Shown here in pieces: positions 44,635-55,200 of a DNA stretch of 64,000 bases. The position numbers and the translations under genes were made by a program. Location of the stretch: positions 538,277 through 602,276 of the forward strand of contig NZ_JBFAPY010000006.1 of the NCBI RefSeq assembly GCF_040676915.1. Direction: 5' to 3'. The DNA comes from Asanoa sp. NPDC049475 (GTDB taxonomy: Bacteria > Actinomycetota > Actinomycetes > Mycobacteriales > Micromonosporaceae). Below the pieces are notes generated by a model. That model was given only the letters and a program-made list of their open reading frames with translations, had not been told where the DNA came from and did not search any database. Within the stretch, counting starts at the first letter, position 1; every line of letters starts with the position of its first letter.

Positions 44635-45855
44635 TCATCGGGTCGCGGCGGCCGCGCGTTCCATCAACAGGTTGCGCTCCTGGCGGGTGGGTGCCAGGCC
44701 GGCCGCCCGTTCCAGCTCCTCCGCGGCCTCGGCCCGGCGGCCCAGGCGCAGCAGCAGGTCACCGCGGATCGCTCCGTACAGGTGGTAGCGGCCCAGTCGG
44801 GGATCGCTCCCGAGCTCGTCGACCGCGTCCAGGGCCGCCTGCGGACCGTCCACCTGCAACAGGACCACCGCCCGGTTGAGCCGCACGATCGGCGACGGGG
44901 CCAACTGGGACAGGGCGTCGTAGAGCGCCAGGATCGCGGCCCAGTCGGTGTCGGCGAAGCTGGGCGCACGGGCGTGGCAGGCGGCGATCGCGGCCTGCAC
45001 CGTGTACGGCCCGAGCGGCTTGCGCAACCGCCGGGCGCGCGCCAAGGCGGTCAAGCCGTGGGCGATCAGCGTGCGGTCCCAGCGCGACCGGTCCTGGTCC
45101 TCGAGCAGCACCGCCTCGCCGGACGGGCCGATCCGGGCCGCGAAGCGCGACGCCTGGAGCTCCATCAGCGCGACGAGCCCGTGCACCTCGGGCTCGGCGG
45201 GCATCAACGCGGCCAGGACGCGGCCGAGGCGCATCGCCTGCTCGGCCAGGTCCCGGCGGATCCAGTCGTCGCCGGAGGTGGCCGCGTGGCCCTCGGTGAA
45301 GATCAGGTAGACGACCTCCAGCACGGCGTTGAGCCGGGCCGGCAGCTCGTCGGGGTCGGGCAGCGCGAACGGGACCTCGGCCTCGGCCAGGGTGCGCTTG
45401 GCCCGCGAGATCCGCTGGCCGATGGTGGCCGACGGCAGCAGGAACGCGCGGCCGATCTCGTCGGTGCTCAGGCCGCCGACCATCCGCAGGGTCAGCGCCG
45501 CGCGGGACTCCTGCGCCAGCACGGGGTGGCACGCCACGAACACCAGTGACAGCAGCTCCTCGTCGGTCGCCGTGGCGGCGCCGGCCTCCTCGTCCACCGC
45601 CAGCAGGGCGTACTTCTGGTCGCGTACCCCCTCTCGACGAATCATGTCGATCGCCCGGCGGCGGGCCGTGGTGAGCAACCACCCGGCCGGCTCGTCCGGC
45701 ACGCCGTCGCGCGGCCACTGCTCGAGCGCCGCCAGATACGCGTCCTGCGCGAAGTCCTCGGCCAGCCCGACGTCGTTGACCAGCCGGGTGAGGGAGGCGA
45801 CCAGCCGCCCGGAATGCATCCGCCACACCGCCTCGACGGTCCGCCGTGCGTCCAT
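44635..45855 (-). CDS. ECF-type RNA polymerase sigma-70 factor with a long C-terminal extension (SigJ-like ECF41/56-type architecture)
   Basis: The sigma-70 region 2 (…DFAQDAYLAALEQW…) and region 4 (…LSTDEIGRAFLLPSATIGQRISRAKRTL…) are followed by about 200 aa with a TPR/SnoaL-like tail. Confidence 0.8.
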   Translation of the reverse strand: MDARRTVEAVWRMHSGRLVASLTRLVNDVGLAEDFAQDAYLAALEQWPRDGVPDEPAGWLLTTARRRAIDMIRREGVRDQKYALLAVDEEAGAATATDEELLSLVFVACHPVLAQESRAALTLRMVGGLSTDEIGRAFLLPSATIGQRISRAKRTLAEAEVPFALPDPDELPARLNAVLEVVYLIFTEGHAATSGDDWIRRDLAEQAMRLGRVLAALMPAEPEVHGLVALMELQASRFAARIGPSGEAVLLEDQDRSRWDRTLIAHGLTALARARRLRKPLGPYTVQAAIAACHARAPSFADTDWAAILALYDALSQLAPSPIVRLNRAVVLLQVDGPQAALDAVDELGSDPRLGRYHLYGAIRGDLLLRLGRRAEAAEELERAAGLAPTRQERNLLMERAAAATR

Positions 45856-45886
45856 GTCGCCCCTCCCCTCCCCGATCAGCCGTCCG

Positions 45887-46261
45887 TCAGCTCAGGTCCG
45901 CGAAGTCGGCCTCGTCGTAGTACGGCCGGAGCTCCAGCACCGAGCGCACGCCGAGGTTGGGGTCGCTCGGGCACTGCCGCGCCCACTCCACGGCCTCCTC
46001 CATCGAGCTGACCTGCCACACCCAGTACCCGGCGATGATCTCCTTGGACTCGGTGAACGGGCCGTCGACGACCGAGGTCGTGCCGCCCTCGAAGACGATC
46101 TGGCGACCGTCGGAGCTGGGGCGCAGCCCACCGCCGTCCAGCATGATGCCGGCCTTGATCAGCTTGTCGTTGTACTCGCCCATCGTCTTCAGCATCTCGG
46201 CGGTCGGAGCGATCTTGCCCTCGTCGGCGCCGGTCCCCTTGATCATGACCATGACCTTCAC
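45887..46261 (-). CDS. YciI-like (DGPF-domain) protein
   Basis: An AGGAGG site sits 7 nt upstream of GTG 46261 (VKVMVMIKG…). The domain shows …GPFTESKEIIAGYWVWQVSSMEEAVEW…, and the gene is paired with the ECF sigma factor. Confidence 0.7.
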   Translation of the reverse strand: MKVMVMIKGTGADEGKIAPTAEMLKTMGEYNDKLIKAGIMLDGGGLRPSSDGRQIVFEGGTTSVVDGPFTESKEIIAGYWVWQVSSMEEAVEWARQCPSDPNLGVRSVLELRPYYDEADFADLS

Positions 46262-46391
46262 GATGTTTCCTCCTGTGTCTCGGGCCGCCCTCGGCGACCT
46301 TCCTCTGCCCGGTGGTCGAACGGGGAGCCGCCGTTTTCGACAGCACCCCAGATTAATTTCGAGCTCCCTCCTGGGAGGGAGGCGCGGGCCG

Positions 46392-47585
46392 GTGGGCGCG
46401 GCGGATACTGCCAGCGTGGTCGAGCAGGCGCGCCGAGCCGTCCGGCAGGTGACCGACGCGGCATACCGGCTGCCGCCGCTGGTCGTCGACTCGGTCATCG
46501 CATTGCTCTGCTATCTCGCGACGATCGCCTCACCGGTGGTCGACGGTGAGGACACCCTGACGATGTACGTCTTCGCCGCGCTCAGCTCCCTGCCGCTCGC
46601 GTGGCGCCGGCGCTGGCCCGTCCCGGTCACGCTCCTCACCGGCTGTGCCACCTGCGTCCTCGCGGTCAACGACCTGATCAAAGAAGTCCCGTTCGGACAG
46701 CTCGTCGCGACCTACACGTTCGCCTCGTTGGCGAACCCGGCCTGGCGGGCGTTCGGCATCATCGGCACGGTGGTCGGGCTGAGCGTCTCGCTGACACCGA
46801 AGAACAGCCTGTTGCCGGTGAGCGCCTCGGTGATCCTGTTCGGCGGTGCGTACGCCCTCGGCGCCATCGCCCGCTCCCGGCGCGGCCTGATCGCCAACCT
46901 GGAGGCCCGCGCGGAGCAGCTCGCGGCCGACTACGCCCAGGCCGCCGCCCGCGAGCGCGAACGGATCGCCCGCGACATGCACGACATCCTCGCGCACTCG
47001 GTGAGCCTCATCGTCGTGCAGGCCGAGGCCGGCCCGGTGGTGGTCCGGCGCGACCCGGCCCGGGCGGAGCAGGTGTTCGACGCGATCGCCGACGCCGGCC
47101 GCGACGCGCTCACCCAGCTGCGCCGCACGCTGGGCGTGCTGCGCTCGGAGCCCGCGACCCGGGCACCGCAGCCCGGGTTGGACGCCATCGCGCCGCTGGT
47201 AGAGCAGGCCCGGGTGGCCGGCCTCGCCGTCACGCTCGACGAGACCGGCGACCGGCGGCCGATCGCCGCGGACACCGCCGTCGCCGCCTATCGGGTGGTG
47301 CAGGAGGCACTGACCAATGTGGTCCGACACGCCCGCGCGGCCCGGGTCGAGGTGGAGCTGAGCTGGTCCGACGACGCGCTGGTGCTGGAGGTGCGCGACG
47401 ACGGGCGCGGCCCGAGCCGGCGTCCGGGCGGCACCGGCGGGCACGGCCTGATCGGCATGCGGGAACGGGTGGCGGCGTGTGGCGGCACGTTGTCGACCGG
47501 GGCCGCGACGGATGGCCCCGGGTTCCGCGTGCACGCTACGCTGCCCGTCGTGGAGAAGGTCGTACCCGCGCGGCCGCATGGCTGA
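46392..47585 (+). CDS. Sensor histidine kinase, HisKA_3 type
   Basis: GGGAGGGAGG lies upstream of GTG 46392. TM helices are followed by the H-box RDMHDILAHSVSLIVVQAE and a HATPase_c domain (…VRDDGRG…GGHGLIGMRERV…). Confidence 0.75.
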   Translation: MGAADTASVVEQARRAVRQVTDAAYRLPPLVVDSVIALLCYLATIASPVVDGEDTLTMYVFAALSSLPLAWRRRWPVPVTLLTGCATCVLAVNDLIKEVPFGQLVATYTFASLANPAWRAFGIIGTVVGLSVSLTPKNSLLPVSASVILFGGAYALGAIARSRRGLIANLEARAEQLAADYAQAAARERERIARDMHDILAHSVSLIVVQAEAGPVVVRRDPARAEQVFDAIADAGRDALTQLRRTLGVLRSEPATRAPQPGLDAIAPLVEQARVAGLAVTLDETGDRRPIAADTAVAAYRVVQEALTNVVRHARAARVEVELSWSDDALVLEVRDDGRGPSRRPGGTGGHGLIGMRERVAACGGTLSTGAATDGPGFRVHATLPVVEKVVPARPHG

Positions 47586-48246
47586 CCCGATCCGCGTGCT
47601 CGTCGCCGATGACCAGGAGCTGGTCCGGGGCGGGTTCGCGCTCATCCTGGACGCCCAGCCCGACATCACCGTGGTCGGCGAGGCCGCCGACGGCGCGCAG
47701 GCGATCGTCGCGGCGGAGCGGCTGCGCCCTGACGTCGTGCTGATGGACGTGCGGATGCCGCACGTCGACGGCATCGCGGCGACGGCACAGATCTGCGCCG
47801 CCTCCGACACCCGGGTCCTCGTGCTGACCACCTTCGACCTCGACGAGTACGTCTACGACGCGCTGCGGGCGGGCGCGAGCGGCTTCCTGCTCAAGGACAT
47901 GCGCCGCGACGACCTGGTCAACGCGGTGCGCGTGGTGGCCGGCGGCGAGGCCCTGCTGGCACCGACGGTGACCCGGCGGCTGATCGCCGACGTGGTGTCG
48001 CGCGCCGCGGCCCCGCGACCGTCCGACACGCGATTGTCCGCCCTCACCGTGCGGGAGACCGAGACGCTCAAGGCCGTCGCTCGTGGGCTGTCCAACGCGG
48101 AGATCGCCGCCGAGCTCTACGTCACCGAGCACACCGTCAAGACGCACGTCAGCAACCTGCTCACCAAGCTCGGACTGCGCGACCGGGTGCAGGCGGTAGT
48201 CCTCGCGTACGAGGCCGGACTGGTGGTTCCTCGCTCCGGCGAGTGA
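47578..48246 (+). CDS. Two-component response regulator, NarL/LuxR family
   Basis: The REC domain is MADPIRVLVADDQELVR…DVVLMDVRMP and the LuxR HTH is …LTVRETETLKAVARGLSNAEIAAEL…. It overlaps the kinase stop by 8 bp. Confidence 0.85.
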   Translation: MADPIRVLVADDQELVRGGFALILDAQPDITVVGEAADGAQAIVAAERLRPDVVLMDVRMPHVDGIAATAQICAASDTRVLVLTTFDLDEYVYDALRAGASGFLLKDMRRDDLVNAVRVVAGGEALLAPTVTRRLIADVVSRAAAPRPSDTRLSALTVRETETLKAVARGLSNAEIAAELYVTEHTVKTHVSNLLTKLGLRDRVQAVVLAYEAGLVVPRSGE

Positions 48247-48305
48247 GCCGGAGTCCACTCCGGACGGCGATCCTCTTTCGACGCGATCAGCGTTGGATTT
48301 CGTCC

Positions 48306-50384
48306 ATGACAACCTCACTCGCACGTTTCTCCGTACGCCGCCCGGTCATCGTGCTGGTGATCTGGCTGGCCGTCGTCGCTGCCGGCTTCACTGTCGGCGT
48401 CGGCGTCTTCGAGCGCCTCGTCGGCGACGTCGGCCTGGTGCCGGGCAGTGAGTCGGACCGCGCCGCCGATCGCCGCGACGCGCTGGCGCCCGCGCCGGAA
48501 GAGATCACCGCCATCGTGAGCGGGATCGACGCGACCGACCCGGCGGTCACGGCGGCCATCGACCGGGTCAGTGCCGACGTGCGGTCGATGCCGGGCGTGG
48601 CCGAGGTGAGCCCGCCGGTGCCGGCACCGGACACGGGACAGGCGCTGCTGTTCACCGTCACGATGGATGTCAGCGAGGACGCGGACGACGTGGCGGCTTC
48701 GGCGGCCGAGCGGATCCGCGCCGGGACCTCCTTGGCGGGCGGCAACCTCATCGTCTCCGGCGGCTCACTCAGCGAGGACGAGTTCGCCGACCAGGCCGCC
48801 AGCGACGTGGCCCGCGCCGAGATCTTCAGCACGCCGGTCATGCTGCTGCTCCTGCTGATCGTCTTCGGCGGCCTCCTCGCCGCCGGTCTGCCACTGCTGA
48901 TCGCACTGGTCGGCGTCGGTGGCACGTTCGGTGTGCTGTTCGCGTTCAGCCAGGTCACCGACGTGTCCGTGTACTCGATCCAGATCGTCTCGATGCTCGC
49001 CGTCGGCCTGGCCGTCGACTACGCGCTGCTGATCGTCTACCGGTTCCGCGAGGAGCGGGCGGTGGACCCCGAGGTGCGGGCGGCCATCCTGCGTACCGCC
49101 GCTTCCGCCGGGCGCACCGTGCTGTTCTCCGGCCTGACCGTCGCGGTCGCGCTGGCCGGGCTGACCGTCTTCGCCGACCCGTTCCTGCGCTCGATGGGCA
49201 TCGCCGGCACCGCCGTGGTCCTGCTCGACCTGCTGGCCGCGCTGACCCTGCTGCCCGCCCTGCTCGCGTTGTTCGGCAAGCGGATCAAGCCCCGGGCACC
49301 GCGTCCGGCCGGCGTCGGCGTGTTCGCCCGACTCGCGCGACGGGTGCAGCGACGGCCCGTCCTGACCGCGGTCCTGGTGCTGGTTCCGATGCTGATCATC
49401 GCGGTCCCGGTGCTGGACATGCGACTGTCCGCAGGCGACGCCCGCCTGCTGCCGGCGAGCACACAGACCCGCGCGCTCTACGACCAGCTGGCCGTCCACT
49501 ACCCCGACGAGGTCGGGCCGGACGAGGTCTCCGCGGTCGTCGCCGCCGCACCCGACAGCCCCGCCGTCACGACGCTGCGCGACCGGATGCGGACCATGCC
49601 GGGCGTACGCGAGGTCGAAGTGGAGCCGATCGGCGACCACTCGCTGGTCCAGGCCTCGGTCGACGAGACGCACCAGAACGCGGTCGTGACGGCCGTGCGT
49701 GACCTGCCGGCCCCGGTCGAGACCCTGGTCGGCGGCGACACGGCCCAACTGGTCGACTACCGGGCCATGCTCGCCGAACGGGCTCCGTGGGCGATCGCGT
49801 TGGTCCTGCTCGGCACGCTGGTGCTGCTGTTCCTGTTCACCGGCTCGGTCATCCTGCCGATCAAGGCGGTGCTGACCAACCTGCTCAGCATCGGAGCCGC
49901 CCTCGGTGCGGTGGTCTGGGTGTTCCAGCAGGGCAACCTGGGCCTGCCGGAGCTGGACGGCACCAACCTGACGGTGCCGGTGCTGGTCGCGGCGATCGCC
50001 TTCGGCCTGTCGGTCGACTACGAGGTGTTCCTGCTGTCCCGGATGCGCGAACGCTGGCTGGCCGGCGCCTCGCCGGAGGCCGCGGTCGCGGAGGGCCTGC
50101 AGCTGACGGGCCGAATCGTGACGGCGGCGGCCCTGCTGCTGGCGATCGTGTTCGCCGGTTTCGTGGCCGGCGGCTTCGTCCCCATCCGGTCGATCGGACT
50201 GGGCCTGGTCCTGGCCGTCCTGCTGGACGCGACGATCGTCCGCATGTTCCTGGTCCCGGCGACCATGACCCTGCTGGGCCGCTACAACTGGTGGGCGCCG
50301 GCCTGGCTGGCCCGCATCCACGCCCGGTTCGGCGTCAGTGAGACCGCACCCGCTGCCGCGCCTGAGCTGGCTTTGACCCGCTGA
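48306..50384 (+). CDS. MMPL-family (RND superfamily) membrane transporter
   Basis: The topology is two 6-TM bundles with extracytoplasmic loops. Conserved segments include …MLAVGLAVDYALLIVYRFREE… and …AFGLSVDYEVFLLSRMRE…. Confidence 0.85.
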   Translation: MTTSLARFSVRRPVIVLVIWLAVVAAGFTVGVGVFERLVGDVGLVPGSESDRAADRRDALAPAPEEITAIVSGIDATDPAVTAAIDRVSADVRSMPGVAEVSPPVPAPDTGQALLFTVTMDVSEDADDVAASAAERIRAGTSLAGGNLIVSGGSLSEDEFADQAASDVARAEIFSTPVMLLLLLIVFGGLLAAGLPLLIALVGVGGTFGVLFAFSQVTDVSVYSIQIVSMLAVGLAVDYALLIVYRFREERAVDPEVRAAILRTAASAGRTVLFSGLTVAVALAGLTVFADPFLRSMGIAGTAVVLLDLLAALTLLPALLALFGKRIKPRAPRPAGVGVFARLARRVQRRPVLTAVLVLVPMLIIAVPVLDMRLSAGDARLLPASTQTRALYDQLAVHYPDEVGPDEVSAVVAAAPDSPAVTTLRDRMRTMPGVREVEVEPIGDHSLVQASVDETHQNAVVTAVRDLPAPVETLVGGDTAQLVDYRAMLAERAPWAIALVLLGTLVLLFLFTGSVILPIKAVLTNLLSIGAALGAVVWVFQQGNLGLPELDGTNLTVPVLVAAIAFGLSVDYEVFLLSRMRERWLAGASPEAAVAEGLQLTGRIVTAAALLLAIVFAGFVAGGFVPIRSIGLGLVLAVLLDATIVRMFLVPATMTLLGRYNWWAPAWLARIHARFGVSETAPAAAPELALTR

Positions 50385-50460
50385 GGAGTCAACCGGGGTG
50401 CCCGCACACGGGGGCGGGCACCCCGGTTTCCCGGCTGTCCCGCTAGCTGGCGCTGTCTGT

Positions 50461-50487
50461 CCTGTAGCATACAAATCTATGACAGGT
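50461..50487. promoter_or_regulatory. Putative GntR/HutC-type operator overlapping the GntR regulator start codon
   Basis: CCTGTAGCATAC-aaat-CTATGACAGG is an imperfect palindrome with a GT…TA…TA…AC arrangement. The gene ATG lies inside it. Confidence 0.35.
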
Positions 50488-51228
50488 CCGCGGTTCGAGG
50501 CCGTCGCTGCTGAGCTGAGGGAACGCATCGCGCTCGGTGACTTCGCGGCCTCCGGTGCGCTGGAGAGCGAGGCCGAACTCGGGCGCCGCTACGAGGTCAG
50601 CCGGGTCACCGTGCGCAAGGCGCTCGAGCGGCTGCGCGACGAGGGGCTGATCGCCGCCCGTCGCGGCGCCGGGTGGTACGTGCGGTCCGGCACCTCGTTC
50701 GGCCAGACCCTGGCCCTGGGCAGCTTCCGCCACGCCCGCTCCGCCGTAGCCGATGCCGGTCTGGCGCTCACCCGCACCGTGACCGGCTACGAGTACCGGC
50801 CCGCACCGCCCGACGTCGCCGCCCTGTTGCGCACCAGCGGCGAGGCGCTGCGGGTGCGGGCGGTCCGGCTCGCGGGTGGCAACCCGCTCGACGTGGTCAC
50901 CGAATGGGTGCCGCTGGAGTTCGCCAGCCCGGTCAGCCGAGCCGACGCCGAAGAGCCCGGCGCGTGGGAGACCCTGCGCCGGCAGGGCCACGACATCGAC
51001 GTCGTCCGGCAGAGCATCGCCGCCACCGCGGCCACCGAATCGGTCGCGCGCGGTCTCGACACCACCACCGGGGCGCCCGTGCTGCTGGTCCGCCGGCTCG
51101 CGGTGCGCGCCGACGGCACGCCGCTCGCGCTGTCCGAGCACCGCTACCTCGGGCACCGGTTCCGGCTGGAGGTCGAGTTCCGCGGCGGCCCCGGCACCGA
51201 GCCGCCCGGCGTCACACCCGTTTCTTGA
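50479..51228 (+). CDS. GntR-family transcriptional regulator, HutC subfamily (UTRA effector-binding domain)
   Basis: The HTH is …ESEAELGRRYEVSRVTVRKALERLRDEGLI…, followed by a C-terminal UTRA-like domain. Confidence 0.8.
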   Translation: MTGPRFEAVAAELRERIALGDFAASGALESEAELGRRYEVSRVTVRKALERLRDEGLIAARRGAGWYVRSGTSFGQTLALGSFRHARSAVADAGLALTRTVTGYEYRPAPPDVAALLRTSGEALRVRAVRLAGGNPLDVVTEWVPLEFASPVSRADAEEPGAWETLRRQGHDIDVVRQSIAATAATESVARGLDTTTGAPVLLVRRLAVRADGTPLALSEHRYLGHRFRLEVEFRGGPGTEPPGVTPVS

Positions 51229-51242
51229 GGAGGAGGATCCGC

Positions 51243-52211
51243 GTGCAGCTTCTGGTCACCGGCGCCGCCGGTTTCATCGGCAGCAACTTCGTGCGTTACT
51301 GGTTGCGGCACCACCCCGGCGACACGGTCGTGGCGCTCGACGCGCTCACCTACGCCGGCAACCGCGCCAGCCTGCCGGCCGAGGTCGCGTTCGTCCACGC
51401 CGACATCGCCGACGCGGCGCTCGACGGGGTCGACGTTGTCGTCAACTTCGCCGCCGAGTCGCACAACAGCCGCGCCGTGCAGGATCCGCAGAAGTCCTTC
51501 ACCACCAATGTGCTCGGCACCCAACGCCTGTTGGAGGCGGCACGTCGGGCCGGCATCGCGCGCTTCCACCACGTCTCGACCTGCGAGGTGTACGGGGACT
51601 TGGCGCTCGACGACCCCGGCGCGTTCACGGAGGAGTCGCCGTACCGGCCGCGCACCCCGTACAACGCCAGCAAGGCCGGTGCCGACCACGCGGTGCGCGC
51701 TTACCACGAGACCTACGGGCTGCCGGTCACCGTCACGGTCTGCGCCAACAACTACGGGCCGCGCCAGTTCCCGGAGAAGGTGATCCCGCTGTTCGCCACG
51801 CGAGCGTTGCGCGGCCTGCCGCTGCCGGTCTACCGCTCCAGCGCCAACCGCCGCGAGTGGCTCCACGTCGACGACCACTGCGCGGCGATCGACCGCGTGC
51901 TGCACGACGGTCGCGTGGGTGCGACGTACCACGTCGGATCCGGTGTCGAGGTCAGCGTGGCGGACCTGGCGACGGCGATCCTCGACCGCCTGGGTCTGCC
52001 GCACGACCTGATCGAGACCGTGCCGGACCGGCCGGGCCACGACCGCCGCTATCTCCTCGACTCCACCCTGATCCGGCGCGAGCTGGGCTGGTCACCGACG
52101 ATCGCTTTCGAGCAGGGCCTTGACGAGACCATCACCTGGTACGAGGAAAACCGTGACTGGTGGCAGCCCCTGCTGGCGCGCGAGGCCGTCGACGAGGCCG
52201 CCTGGGCCTGA
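51243..52211 (+). CDS. rmlB: dTDP-glucose 4,6-dehydratase
   Basis: GAGGAGGAGG lies upstream of GTG 51243. The Rossmann motif is LLVTGAAGFIGSNF. The catalytic motif is YNASKAG in the context …CEVYGD…. Its length and overall sequence are typical of RmlB. Confidence 0.85.
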   Translation: MQLLVTGAAGFIGSNFVRYWLRHHPGDTVVALDALTYAGNRASLPAEVAFVHADIADAALDGVDVVVNFAAESHNSRAVQDPQKSFTTNVLGTQRLLEAARRAGIARFHHVSTCEVYGDLALDDPGAFTEESPYRPRTPYNASKAGADHAVRAYHETYGLPVTVTVCANNYGPRQFPEKVIPLFATRALRGLPLPVYRSSANRREWLHVDDHCAAIDRVLHDGRVGATYHVGSGVEVSVADLATAILDRLGLPHDLIETVPDRPGHDRRYLLDSTLIRRELGWSPTIAFEQGLDETITWYEENRDWWQPLLAREAVDEAAWA

Positions 52212-52214
52212 GCG

Positions 52215-55200
52215 CTAGTTGCGCTTCAAAACGTCCGCGATCTCGCCGCTGTCGAGCTCCGACAGCAGTGCCAGCGCGGCGTGCCATTGCTCCCGGGCGA
52301 TGGTGCCGAGGCCGTTCGCGCGGGCGATGTCGCCGAGGAGCCGCAGGGAGCGCGCCTCACCGAGCCGGTGGCCCGTCTGTCGGTGCAGGGTGAGCGCGCG
52401 CTGTCCACTGTCGACAGCGCCGTCGATGTCGCCGTTCCGCAGGTGGATGCTGCCGAGCAGCAGGTGGGCGTTGCCGGCCAGCACCCGGTGTCCGGCGCGC
52501 CAGGCGTGGGCCAGCGCGTCGGCGGCGACGGTCGTCGCGGAGGCCGGATCGCCGGTGTCCCGCAGTGCCGCGGCGAGGCCGATGGTGGTCCGCGTGCGCA
52601 CGTACTCGCTTCCGGTGCCCAACATCGCCAACCCGCGCCGGTGCTCCTCGACGGCCCGCTGCGGGTCGCCGAGCCAGTGGTGCACGGTGCCGAGCAGCGA
52701 CAGGATGTCGCCCTCGACCATCGGGTCCGCCGCTTCCCGGGCCTTGACCAGGGCGGCCTCCGCGTTGGCCAGGGCCTCGGTCAGCTCGCCGCGGTCGCGT
52801 TGCACGGCGGCCAGTCCACCGAGCAGGTGCGCCTCCGAGTACGCCTTCGCCACGTCGGACTGGAGCTCCATCGCGGCCCGGAACCGGTCGGCGGCGGTCG
52901 CTTCGCCCAGCAGGTGCTCGACCGCGCCGAGGTTGTTCAGCGCGATCATCTGGCCGATCGAGGACCCGATCTCCTCGTGCATGGCCAGCGCCGTCACGCA
53001 GTAGTCCGCCGCCCGGCGGAGCTCGCCCAGATCGTGATAGAGCCCGCCGAGCGTGATCAGCGTGCTGGCCTCGCCGGGCCGGTACTCGTTGGCCCGGTGC
53101 AGCTCCAACGCCCGTTCACTGCTGCGCGCCGACCCCGCGAAGTCGCCCATGTTCTTGAGGACCACGCCGAGGTTGCCGGCCGCGGCGGCCTGCCCGCGCG
53201 ACCAGCCGGCCCGGTCGGAGAGCTCGGCGGCCGTCTCGAACTCGGCCGCCGCACCGGCGAGGTCACCCTGGTTCTGCCGGGCCAGCGCGATGCTGGTGCG
53301 CATCGCGGCCTGGGCCTGCAGGTCACCCTCCGCCTCGGCGGCCCCGAGGCTGGCATTGACCGCGGCGAGCCAGTCGACGGTGTGGCTGCCCTGCCAGAAG
53401 TAGCCGCGCAGGGCGTCGGTGAGCTGCCACGCCCCGGCCTTCGGGCCGGCCGAGGCGGCATGGCCGATCGCGGCGAGCAGGTTGCGGTGCTCGGCGTCCA
53501 GCCACGCCAGCGCGGCCGGGTTGGAGTCGAAGCCGGCCACCTCCGGAAGCTCCGCGAGCGGCAGCCGGATCATGTGCGGATAGAGCCGCCGCGCTGCCGC
53601 GTCGGCCGTGGCCAGATAGTGAGCATGCAGGCCGCCCAGGGCCACCGCGGCTTCGTCGTCGCCGGTCAGCTCGCGGGCGTACGTGCGGAGCAGGTCGTGC
53701 AGGCCGAACCGCCCCGGCCGGGGCGTGGTGACCAGGTGCGCCTTGCGGAGGCCGTCGAGCGCGCCGGCGGCCGCGGCCCGGGTCAGCCCCGCGAGCGCGG
53801 CGGCCCCGGCGGCGTCGACGTCTGTGCCGGGCACGGCGCCGAGCAGCCGGAACACGTCGCGCTCCAGCGGGCCGAGCCGCTCGTAGGAGGCGCGGAAGGT
53901 CGCTCGCACACCGGACAGCTCGTCGCCCTCGATCGTCAGCCGGTCGAGCGGACCCTTGTCGAGCAGGCGGAGGTAGTCACCCAGCGTGGTCGCCGGCTCG
54001 GCGTCGAGCTGCGCGGCGGCGATCCGCACGGCGAGCGGGAGAAGGCCGCAGGCGCGTACGAGGTCGGCCGCGGCGGCCGGCTCGGCATCGACCCGGCGCT
54101 CGCCGATGATCGTGCGGAGCAGCAGCAACGCCTCGGGCTCCGTGAGCAGGTCGACGGTGAGCCGCCGAGCGCCGTGGCTGGCGGTCAGGCCGCCGAGCTG
54201 AGCGCGGCTGGTCACGACCACCACGCACGTCGGCGCGCCCGGCAGCAGCGGCCGCACCTGCTCGGCGGTGGCGGCGTTGTCGAGCACCATCAGCACCCGA
54301 CGGCCGGCGATCTCACTCCGGAACAGCGCGCCGGCTTCGTCGGGGTCGGGCGGAATGCGATCACCGGGTACGCCGAGCGCGCGCAGGAACCGGGCCAGCG
54401 CGTCGACGGGCCGGACGGGAGGCGCCGACTCGTACCCCCGGAGGTTGACGAAGAGCTGCCCGTCGGGGAACCGGTCGGCGACGTGGTGCCCCCAGCGGAC
54501 GGCGAGAGCGGTCTTGCCGACCCCACCGGCACCGTCGATCGCGGAGATGACCACCGGCGTGCGGCCGGCGGTGAGCAGCTCGTCGAGCTGTCCGAGCAGC
54601 GCGGTCCGCCCGACGAAATCGGGCACGGCGGCCGGGAGCTGAGCGGGCAGCTTCCCGGCCGGTGCCGGGCGCAGTGCCGGGTCGTCGCGCAGGATCTGGG
54701 TGTGCAGCCGGCGGAGCTCGTCGCCGGGCTCCAGGCCGAGCTCGGTGCGGACCCGGTCGCGGATCCGCCCGTACGCGGCCAGCGCGTCAGGCCGCCGCCC
54801 GTCCCGGAAGAGCGCGGTCATCAGATGCCCGGCGAGCCGCTCGTCCAGCGGCGCCCCCGCGCACAGCTCGGTCAGCTCACCGACCAGCTCGCCGTGGCGC
54901 CCGGTCTCGAGATCGGCGGCGATCCGCAGGTCGAGCGCGGTCCTGCGGCCCTCTTCGAGCCGGGCGGCCAGCCGCTCCCGCCCGGGCCCGACATCTTCGA
55001 GGGCCGGCCCCCGCCAGAGCGCCAGGGCGTCCCGAAGCAGCTCGGCGCGGTGGTGGGGGTCGTCGCTGTCACGGGCCTCTGCCACGAGCGCGGCGAACTG
55101 GTGCGCGTCGACCGTCTTCGGGTCGACGTCGATCCGGTAGGAGCCGTTGGTCAGCTCGATCCGGGCCGCGTCACCGAGCAGGGCCCGCAGCCTCGAGATG

